From IMG/VR virus record IMGVR_UViG_3300028591_000138, positions 1 to 64,000 of that record: a stretch of 64,000 bases of DNA; one strand, written 5' to 3'. The stretch comes from a virus. Lineage: Duplodnaviria; Caudoviricetes. Shown one piece after another: positions 28,497-36,559 of the stretch; positions within the stretch are counted from its first letter, which is position 1, and each line of letters begins with the position of its first letter. Both the position numbers and the translations under genes were made by a program. The notes below the pieces were generated by a model. The model ran no database searches. It had not been told where the DNA came from and worked only from the letters and a program-made list of their open reading frames with translations.

Positions 28497-28931
28497 ATGA
28501 AACATAAAGTTACACTTACCGAGGCTGATATACACAGGATGATTGACGAGGCGGTCGATGAGTACTGCTTCAGCATTCTTAACGAAGCCACCGAAAACCC
28601 AGAGCAACTTAATGAAATGGAACCCGCAATTGCAGCTGCGGTTCGTACATTGGCACGTCCCGCTGGCAAATGGATTGGCAAAGCTGTCGGTAAAGGATTT
28701 ACCAAAGGTGTTGCAAAGGCTGGTACAACCCAACTTGGCAAAACTATTGGTAAAAATCTGACGAAAAGGGATTTGGCTAAATTGAGACGTTTGGCAATGG
28801 ACGGTGCTGAAATATTTGCAACAAACAAAATTTTGGATAAAACTCTGGATAACGGAAACAATAAAAACGGAACACCTAACCCTAAAACGGGTGGACGCCG
28901 TGGAACGAGGCGTTCGGATATTCGTTTCTAG
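28497..28931 (+). CDS. LTE-tag protein with cationic amphipathic core
   Basis: MKHKVTLTEADIHRMIDEAVDE. Confidence 0.7.
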   Translation: MKHKVTLTEADIHRMIDEAVDEYCFSILNEATENPEQLNEMEPAIAAAVRTLARPAGKWIGKAVGKGFTKGVAKAGTTQLGKTIGKNLTKRDLAKLRRLAMDGAEIFATNKILDKTLDNGNNKNGTPNPKTGGRRGTRRSDIRF

Positions 28932-28951
28932 TCAATTCAAATCTGTCATCA

Positions 28952-29245
28952 ATGCGGAAAGTGATACATATAAATGAACAAGAACTGAGGGAACTTGTCA
29001 GTGAGGCTGTTAAACAAGCTGTTGATGAAGGTATCTTTAGGAACGCCTGGTATACCGCTAGAAAAAATTTAGCCAATACAGCTTCCCATCATGGCGCGGT
29101 AACACCAGAGACGCGTCGCGCATTTGAGTTCCTTGGTTTGACTGACCATCGTAATGACGATTGGGAAGAAATCAAAAGGATATTGCGACGTAACCAGAAA
29201 CCCAATTCCAATTCAAAGAACAATAAGAACAACCCAACACCATGA
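28952..29245 (+). CDS. LTE-like tag protein
   Basis: MRKVIHINEQELRELVSEAVKQAVDE. Confidence 0.65.
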   Translation: MRKVIHINEQELRELVSEAVKQAVDEGIFRNAWYTARKNLANTASHHGAVTPETRRAFEFLGLTDHRNDDWEEIKRILRRNQKPNSNSKNNKNNPTP

Positions 29246-29727
29246 GCAGAACGGTATATATAACAGAAGCGCAGGAACAAGCAATTGTCGACAGATATTT
29301 GACCGAGGCTTTAGTTGTGAACTCAAGTCAGGTGACTGACATTGTTGACTACCTTAACAAATTCTACCAAGCTTCGGTGGATTACGCGGGCGATATAGGT
29401 CGCGATGGGTTGCCGTGCCAAACACTAGGCATCAAATATGTAGTAAACGGTCAGCCTTTGCAGACATTGAAACGCGAGGAACTGTTGGATGTTCTTAACG
29501 ATAAGTTTAGACAGTTCATTAAGGACGACGCATCGCGATTGGCTTATTATAACCAAATTTTAACCGACTGGTTGAACAAAAAGGTTAAACTGACTGGGCA
29601 ATTGAGTGTCAACACCATCAGTGATGAAGATATCGCGAAATTCAAAAACCACAAGCCAGCCAAGAAACAGGAGCCAACAGACGACAAAAGTGAAAAAGAT
29701 GATAAAAAGAAAAAGGACTCGAAATAA
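29242..29727 (+). CDS. LTE-like tag protein
   Basis: MSRTVYITEAQEQAIVDRYLTE; ATGA-coupled to the previous gene. Confidence 0.7.
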   Translation: MSRTVYITEAQEQAIVDRYLTEALVVNSSQVTDIVDYLNKFYQASVDYAGDIGRDGLPCQTLGIKYVVNGQPLQTLKREELLDVLNDKFRQFIKDDASRLAYYNQILTDWLNKKVKLTGQLSVNTISDEDIAKFKNHKPAKKQEPTDDKSEKDDKKKKDSK

Positions 29728-29743
29728 CGAGTCCTTTCTTTTT

Positions 29744-30610
29744 TCAGTCAAGCGCTGGGAAGACGTGAACTTCTGCCAGCTCATTCGGAATGTCATAGTC
29801 ACTTACCCGCCAGTCTTTGTAGGAATCTGTTATAAACACCTTGTCATATGTCGACACCAGTCGAATGAATCCTACTTCGTTTACCGCGTGGGTACACACG
29901 AAAACAATCTGTTTGGCACCGTTCTGTCGAAGTTGTTCGGCTATACCTATTGCAGTGGCGCCGCCATCAACCAGGTCGTCAATTACAACAACGTTCCTAT
30001 CCTTGACAACTTCAATGGTATCACATTTTAAGCCAATGATTTTTCCTGTCGACAGTTCTCTCACTTTGTCAAAGTGGATTGTATCAAACACGTGTGAGCT
30101 AAATTCATCCGAATATCTTTGGAGTGCCCCCTTGTCGGGATAACAAATGACTGGGTATACGGAAACCCCATCGACCGCTAAACGTACGGCTTTCCCATAC
30201 CAATCACCTCTAATTGCGGTGGCACCGATTAGCTCGGTGGTAACGGCTGAGTGCGGCTCAACAATCTCAATCCGCTTGGCACCAAGTCCCTTGATAATGT
30301 CGGCTACGATTTTCAGTGAAAACGGTCTGTTGTCATCCATTACCCTGTCCATGCGCATGGTCATTAGATAACTTATCTGCAATGACCATTTGATATTGTT
30401 TCTGTTGAGGATTTCCGCCGTCTGCATGAGAATGAACAAATCATCGGCGCTGGTTATCCTAGTCTTGACAACATACTGAGTCGTCACCGATAGGGGTTCC
30501 AGAAATTCAATCTGTTTTTCCCCGTCAGGGAATGCAAAGACCTTGTATTCGGTCTCTGCACTGCTCTGACATGGAGTGTTCTGTTTTCTTAGGTCGATAA
30601 TCTTAAACAT
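29744..30610 (-). CDS. prs: Ribose-phosphate pyrophosphokinase-like (likely Adps of NARP1)
   Basis: FPDGE, YLMTMRMDR, EPHS, PDKGA, VVVIDDLVDGGAT PRPP-binding motif. Confidence 0.85.
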   Translation of the reverse strand: MFKIIDLRKQNTPCQSSAETEYKVFAFPDGEKQIEFLEPLSVTTQYVVKTRITSADDLFILMQTAEILNRNNIKWSLQISYLMTMRMDRVMDDNRPFSLKIVADIIKGLGAKRIEIVEPHSAVTTELIGATAIRGDWYGKAVRLAVDGVSVYPVICYPDKGALQRYSDEFSSHVFDTIHFDKVRELSTGKIIGLKCDTIEVVKDRNVVVIDDLVDGGATAIGIAEQLRQNGAKQIVFVCTHAVNEVGFIRLVSTYDKVFITDSYKDWRVSDYDIPNELAEVHVFPALD

Positions 30611-30622
30611 ATTACCTTGAAA

Positions 30623-32248
30623 TTAAAGTGTATTGTCTACGTTAGTTCTAATTTCCTCGAGGCTAATCTCACGAACGAGTTTGCCATCCTCGAATACGGT
30701 GACGAGTTCTCCACCCTTTTCATCTTCCTCGGATACGCGGTCTGTTACATAGAACTTTCCGTTTTCGTCCTTGTCTACACGGAGAAGCCCTTTCAATGAT
30801 TTCTTAATACCGCGGTCGGTCTTGGGGCTCTTGAATACCTCAATGAGCTCACCATTAATTCGGACGGCAGTGGTCTTAACCGCAAATCCAAGGGAGTCGC
30901 GGCTCTTCAGTTGGTATGAATAACTACCGACACCGAGCACGATATTGGTTGCTGCAATACCTTTGTTCTCAAGGATACGGTAGATTTCCTTCTGTTTCCA
31001 GAGTGTGATACTGTCGCCGTAGATAAGGCCCACGTGGGTGTCAAGGACTTTGTAACCTTTCTCGTTCACTGTATAGCCGAAAGTATCCAGCAACAATTCA
31101 TAAGCGCCCTTAATCTCAGCGTCGCTGACCTCGTAATTGTCAATCGTACCGTCGTGGATATGGTAGTGCATGGCGCGCTCGTAGTCACTGTACAGTGATG
31201 AACTTCCACTCCATCTAGCGGCACTATCGTAGTACTTCTTGCCGTTGTAATTGTAGATGAAATCGGGTTCGATACCGCAGATGATGTCAATAGGCTCACC
31301 GCTATCGGGACGAACAACGAAACGACCGTCACGCTGCATAATAACATCTTTCAGAGATGGAATTGTCTCAGTCATGACTTTCCAGAAATCCCAGGTGTCA
31401 GAAACAATGCTTACAAAACCTTCGGGATAAACCTGGGTCAACAGACGTTTGTAAGTGTCATATTCCGTCTCTTTTCCACCAGCCTCCATCACAGAGTGTT
31501 CTGTAGCGGGAACTGTACCAGCGATAAGTTCCTTCTCGGCGTCGGCGTTGTAGTATTCCTCAACAGCTGCTATGGCAGGAAGGGTCTCACTGCCACAGAA
31601 CGAAGTCATATGTCCCATGCCGCTCATGACCGCACTCTCAACACCGCCCATACCGCGCATGCTGAAATCGTGGATGTTGAAACCAGTGATAATGCCTTTG
31701 GTACCAGTTTTCTCTGCGTGGCGCATCAATTCCTTTTTGAAGAGGCGAGCGGTTGTTGCCGAGGTGCACGGGAGCCATAGTTCAGTACTGATGAGAGTCT
31801 CGAGATAGTTGGTCAACCAGAAAAAGTCTGGATGGGTGTTCTGAATGGTCAGCATCGGGACGCGCATCGGGCACAGGCTACCCTCGGGCAGAGCTTTAAT
31901 TCTGATTGGGAGATAACCGAGGTCGTGGAGTTCCTCAATGTGCTTGGTACCAACACCGTTCTTGCCGAGGAATGTATTGACTCGACGGGCGAACTCATTG
32001 ACAACCTCATCCTTGGGACGGTTGAAAAAGTCCTCGTTAAAACGTTTGGTGAGATACTCTTTGATGAGATACTGCAGTCCAAAGACAACAGCACCATCCT
32101 CAGCTTCAGGATACCAGTTGCACGAACGTGGAGTCATGTTTGCATAAACCATTTCTGTACCCTCGGGGTACTGGCGACGATGGTCGAGTTTATAACCATC
32201 AGTGAAAAGAATTACTTCCTTGCGGTAGCTGTGTGAATTTTTTTTCAT
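30623..32248 (-). CDS. nadV: Nicotinamide phosphoribosyltransferase-like (likely Namat of NARP1)
   Basis: TDGYKLDH..QYP, HDFSMRG, VPATEHSVM, SIVSDTWD, VVRPDSG, GLIYGDSIT, KKSLKG. Confidence 0.9.
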   Translation of the reverse strand: MKKNSHSYRKEVILFTDGYKLDHRRQYPEGTEMVYANMTPRSCNWYPEAEDGAVVFGLQYLIKEYLTKRFNEDFFNRPKDEVVNEFARRVNTFLGKNGVGTKHIEELHDLGYLPIRIKALPEGSLCPMRVPMLTIQNTHPDFFWLTNYLETLISTELWLPCTSATTARLFKKELMRHAEKTGTKGIITGFNIHDFSMRGMGGVESAVMSGMGHMTSFCGSETLPAIAAVEEYYNADAEKELIAGTVPATEHSVMEAGGKETEYDTYKRLLTQVYPEGFVSIVSDTWDFWKVMTETIPSLKDVIMQRDGRFVVRPDSGEPIDIICGIEPDFIYNYNGKKYYDSAARWSGSSSLYSDYERAMHYHIHDGTIDNYEVSDAEIKGAYELLLDTFGYTVNEKGYKVLDTHVGLIYGDSITLWKQKEIYRILENKGIAATNIVLGVGSYSYQLKSRDSLGFAVKTTAVRINGELIEVFKSPKTDRGIKKSLKGLLRVDKDENGKFYVTDRVSEEDEKGGELVTVFEDGKLVREISLEEIRTNVDNTL

Positions 32249-32353
32249 TTTTTTTCAAATTATAATATGATATTTTTTAACTGAATTAACTATTGATAAT
32301 TAAATTGATTTCAATTTCTTGACGTCGTTGTCTTGGTCTTTTATTACGCTATC

Positions 32354-33328
32354 TCATTTTAGCCAAAGTTTCAGATTTTCTATTATGTAGGGGTTCCAAA
32401 CAGTGAACGTATGGTATCCGTTCTCAAGGGGTTGTGGATGTTTGTATAACGCCTTATTAACATCCATTGCAACCCCCATATCGGTGGTGTGGAACGTAAA
32501 CGACCCGTCAGTCTGTAGGTTGGGCAAGACGAATATGCGGATGATACGTTCTTGGGCGGGCGATATTTTGCCGAACAGCCCAAAACGGGGATTCTCCTTG
32601 CCGAACTGGTAGGCACCCGACATCAATATTGGATTGGAACCACCAAACACAAACTCGCTTCGGAAATAATCATCAAAACCACATAGAAGGTGGTCTTCAT
32701 CCAGATAGTTGATTAGCACTCGGTTAGGTTCAAAATCCGACCAGCCCAGACTTGTTTCACTGGAATGGTTGGAAATGTCAATCGACAGGTCGGGTCTGAT
32801 AATATAGAACACTATTCCACCGAGTTTTTCAATAGCCTCCTTTTCATTTGGGAATCTTACGTCGTCAATGCAGACAATGTTGGTTTTCGCTTTGTTGACA
32901 GCCTCGACCGTTTTCTCAATGTGCCAGTTTGGGCTTATCTCCCTTATAACATCGGTTCCAATGAACTGCAACATGTCGCGCACTGTAAATGTACGCAGTT
33001 GGTCACCGAACTTAGCCACGCGTTCCTTGACAGCGGCGAACTTGCGGTTTTTCTCGTCTTCACTGTCGTCGTTCTTAATAAGGGCGTCGGCAATCAAGGT
33101 TGTCCATCTTGGTTGGTCGTTGTCGGGACTGTATTTGAAGGCGGTGTTAAAATCCTTGTGTTGGTTAAGTCCTTCAATAGAAGGAACACCCAATATCGTA
33201 CAACACAAGTCTTTTAGGGCGTTGGCGATTGTTACGGTTGTTGCGCCGTACTCCTCGTTAAGAAACTGGCATAGGCACCCTTTGCCCGCTCTCTTTCTGC
33301 CAGCAAATCCAATTATTTTCTTTTCCAT
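32354..33328 (-). CDS. Deoxynucleoside monophosphate kinase with C-terminal extension
   Basis: IIGFAGRKRAGK, RDMLQFIGTD, IDDVRFPNE, HSSE. Confidence 0.85.
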   Translation of the reverse strand: MEKKIIGFAGRKRAGKGCLCQFLNEEYGATTVTIANALKDLCCTILGVPSIEGLNQHKDFNTAFKYSPDNDQPRWTTLIADALIKNDDSEDEKNRKFAAVKERVAKFGDQLRTFTVRDMLQFIGTDVIREISPNWHIEKTVEAVNKAKTNIVCIDDVRFPNEKEAIEKLGGIVFYIIRPDLSIDISNHSSETSLGWSDFEPNRVLINYLDEDHLLCGFDDYFRSEFVFGGSNPILMSGAYQFGKENPRFGLFGKISPAQERIIRIFVLPNLQTDGSFTFHTTDMGVAMDVNKALYKHPQPLENGYHTFTVWNPYIIENLKLWLK

Positions 33329-33711
33329 CAGATTTCAGGGTATTCGGGCATTACAATGTTTTCGGGGTCGTACTCGCTTTTCTTAGCGGGCTGGTCGTTG
33401 TCAAAATTGTCATTGATATCTGGGTAGCAGATTTCATCCAGGATTTCGTCCATGGATTTTTTGTCTTTCTTGTATTTCTTGTTGCTGGGTTTGACTGGGT
33501 CTTTGTCAACAATAACGTTCTCAACCCTGTGGCTATGCGCCGTGCGGGTTATATGGGCGGCAGCCAGTACTTCATCGTCAAAATTATAGTGATACTTTTT
33601 GATTAGTTCGAAAATAATTTTCGGATTACCATCGAAAGCCTCGCGAACGGTTGTGGGGTTCTGTTTGAATTTGCCTTCATCGAGGACACTGTCAAAGTTT
33701 AATTTTTCCAT
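33328..33711 (-). CDS. Hypothetical protein
   Basis: Co-oriented and coupled ORF with an upstream CGTATATTA motif. Confidence 0.65.
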   Translation of the reverse strand: MEKLNFDSVLDEGKFKQNPTTVREAFDGNPKIIFELIKKYHYNFDDEVLAAAHITRTAHSHRVENVIVDKDPVKPSNKKYKKDKKSMDEILDEICYPDINDNFDNDQPAKKSEYDPENIVMPEYPEI

Positions 33712-33880
33712 AGAATTTTGAAATTAAGTTTTGCATTTGATATTAATATACGAAATTTGTTTGAACTGTTGTTGATTTTTTCTGAAAATATGGTAACTTT
33801 TGATTTTTGAAATGTATTTAATAATAGGATAGCTTAATGAATTGCGTGGGAGTGTCCTGTTTTGAGACCACACCGTTCGA

Positions 33881-35050
33881 TTAGGCTATCTTTTTGTTTG
33901 TGGACTCTTTTTTCTTAGATTTCAGTATGTTGGACAGCACTGATGCTGCAAAATCTTCATCAATAACAAGCGTTTTCTTTTTGCTATCGGCAGCTTCAAA
34001 CATAAAGTCGTTCAGTATTGTCTCCATGATGCCTCTTATGCCTCGGGCGCCAGTTTCGGAGATGATGGCGGCTTCAGCTATAGTCTCAATCGCCTTGTCG
34101 GTGAAGGTCAGCGTCTTGCCATCAATGTAAGCAAGCTTCTGATACTGCTTCATGATTGCATTCTTAGGTTCCTGGATGATTCGTACCAAATCTTCCTTGG
34201 TGAGCGGGTTGGTGTGGGTAATGACAGGAAAACGCCCAATGAGCTCGGGGATGAATCCGAACTTTTTCAAGTCGGTGGGGGTTACATTGTCAAGAATATT
34301 CTCTGACGCTGCGCAGGTGTCATCCTCCTGACGGGCGAAACCTATAACGCTTTTCTGGGCGGTTCTCTGCTCGACTATTTTGTCCAGTCCACAGAATGCT
34401 CCCATTCCAATGAACAGGATGTTTGTTGTATCAACCTGAATGAGCGGCTGCTCAGGATGTTTTCTACCACCCTGCGGCATAACGCCGACAACTGAACCTT
34501 CGACGATTTTTAGAAGGCTTTGCTGTACACCCTCTCCGCTGACATCACGGGTAATTGACACGTTTTCACTTTTCTTGGCTATCTTGTCAATTTCGTCAAG
34601 GCAGACAATGCCAACCTGTGCTCTCTCCACATCATAGTCTGCAGCCTGGAGCAAACCCGTCAGAATGTTTTCAACGTCTTCGCCGACGTATCCAGATTCG
34701 GTAAGTTTGGTGCAGTCGTGTATGTGGCACGGTACACCCAACATTTTGGCAATATTCTGAATTAGAAAAGTTTTACCAGTACCAGTAGGACCAAGCATCA
34801 GAATGTTGGACTTGTCGATTGTCACATCCTTGAATACACTGTCGTCACCCAGGTCGGTGAGGTTTGATATGGTTCTCTTATAGTGGTTGTATACGGCGAC
34901 AGCCAGTCTTTTCTTGGCTGATTCCTGACCGATTACACATTCGTCCAGATAAGCCATTATTTGTTTGGGTGTCGGGATTGTGCTGTTGTTCAACAGTCTA
35001 GCCAAAGTAGTTTCCGCTGAGGTTCGGGTGTTTGTTCCTTGTCTTACCAT
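33881..35050 (-). CDS. clpX: ClpX ATP-binding subunit lacking the N-terminal zinc-binding domain
   Basis: [55 protein letters not shown] loop, GARG. Confidence 0.95.
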   Translation of the reverse strand: MVRQGTNTRTSAETTLARLLNNSTIPTPKQIMAYLDECVIGQESAKKRLAVAVYNHYKRTISNLTDLGDDSVFKDVTIDKSNILMLGPTGTGKTFLIQNIAKMLGVPCHIHDCTKLTESGYVGEDVENILTGLLQAADYDVERAQVGIVCLDEIDKIAKKSENVSITRDVSGEGVQQSLLKIVEGSVVGVMPQGGRKHPEQPLIQVDTTNILFIGMGAFCGLDKIVEQRTAQKSVIGFARQEDDTCAASENILDNVTPTDLKKFGFIPELIGRFPVITHTNPLTKEDLVRIIQEPKNAIMKQYQKLAYIDGKTLTFTDKAIETIAEAAIISETGARGIRGIMETILNDFMFEAADSKKKTLVIDEDFAASVLSNILKSKKKESTNKKIA

Positions 35051-35193
35051 ATTAACTGTTTATTTTAATTTTGTTTATTCGCTTATATAACGCAAAGAAA
35101 CCCTTTTTTTGTACAGAATAGAGAAACTTTTTTTTGACAAATGACGATTTTAATCGTATATTATATTTATAATATAATGAATTGCAAATAATA

Positions 35194-36480
35194 ATGGAAC
35201 GAATAAACGAAGTTAGTGCCAACGAGATAAACCTGAAACCCTTCAAGCCGAAGCAGGAACTCCATCCCGACTTTTTCGACAAGGACGGGGGACTGGATTC
35301 TAAAATCCGAATGAAACTGCTTGACATCTCGGATGATTTCATAGATACATTAGAAGTGAAGTGGGTTAAACCGTTGGACATTGTACTTACAGGTTCACTT
35401 GCCAACTATAACTGGTCTAAATACTCTGACGTCGATATACATATCATATATAAGTTCGACGAAATTTATTCCAAGACGGATTTTGTTAAAGACTACTTTG
35501 ATTCCAAGAAAGAACAATGGAACCAGACACACGACAACTTAACCATCAAGGGGTTCCCTGTTGAGTTCAGTGTTGAGGATAAGTCAAGCCCAGCCCAGGC
35601 GACGGGCGTGTATTCCCTGAACAAAAACACATGGGTTAAAGAACCTCAGAATCTCAACGACTCCAATCTCAACAAGGAGTATATCAAGGATTTCTGCGCA
35701 AAACAGATGACTAAACTTGATGATTTGTTTGACAAGATGGACAGTGAGACGGACTTAAAGAAACTGGAGACAATGTCAAATAGGATTGAGACCATATACA
35801 GGAAACTGAAAAACATGCGAAAAGAGGGTCTCGCAACCAAAGAAAAGGAGATGTCGACTGGCAACATTATATGGAAGGTCGTGAAACACGCTGGTTATAT
35901 CAAAAAGATATGGGACTACATATCCAAAACGTATGACAAAAGCAACACAATCAATGAACACAAATCAGTATATCTAAGCGAGGCACAATATAAAGAAATT
36001 GAAACTATGATGAACAGACCAACAGCATACCTTATGGTTGGTATCCCAGGTTCAGGTAAATCAACATGGGTGAAACAAAATCTTCCAAGCGACGTGGAGA
36101 TTATATCGAGAGACATCCTCAGAGCAAAGCTGGGATACACAAAAGACGCTGACGATAAGGCGGTTCTTGATAAAAAGGCTGAGGATACCGTAACAAAATG
36201 CCAGCAGGAGTTGATACGCAAATGCGGACTGGAGGGCCGCGATATTGTAATCGACGACATGAACACAGGCAAATATAGAAAAGGTATGATACAAACGCTT
36301 CGCGACAATGGCTTCAGAGTGGTTGGTGTGAAAATGAACACTCCGCTGGAGACTTGTATCGAAAGACGCAAGGGTCAAATCTCACCTGAAATCATGCGCA
36401 ACATAAGCAAGAAAGTAATCGCCCTTTCACCTGAAGAAGTTGACATGTTGGTTGACGTTGAGGACAATACTGGCAAATAA
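35194..36480 (+). CDS. Nucleotidyltransferase fused to a P-loop polynucleotide-kinase-like (AAA_33) domain
   Basis: LTGSLANYNWSKYSDVDIH (Pol-beta GS..DxD); GIPGSGKST, ISRD, VIDDMN. Confidence 0.8.
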   Translation: MERINEVSANEINLKPFKPKQELHPDFFDKDGGLDSKIRMKLLDISDDFIDTLEVKWVKPLDIVLTGSLANYNWSKYSDVDIHIIYKFDEIYSKTDFVKDYFDSKKEQWNQTHDNLTIKGFPVEFSVEDKSSPAQATGVYSLNKNTWVKEPQNLNDSNLNKEYIKDFCAKQMTKLDDLFDKMDSETDLKKLETMSNRIETIYRKLKNMRKEGLATKEKEMSTGNIIWKVVKHAGYIKKIWDYISKTYDKSNTINEHKSVYLSEAQYKEIETMMNRPTAYLMVGIPGSGKSTWVKQNLPSDVEIISRDILRAKLGYTKDADDKAVLDKKAEDTVTKCQQELIRKCGLEGRDIVIDDMNTGKYRKGMIQTLRDNGFRVVGVKMNTPLETCIERRKGQISPEIMRNISKKVIALSPEEVDMLVDVEDNTGK

Positions 36481-36559
36481 GTTTGAGATTTTTTGAAAAT
36501 CACACTATTTATATTTAAAATAACAATCCGATAATAAGTATACTTAATAATTTTTCGCA

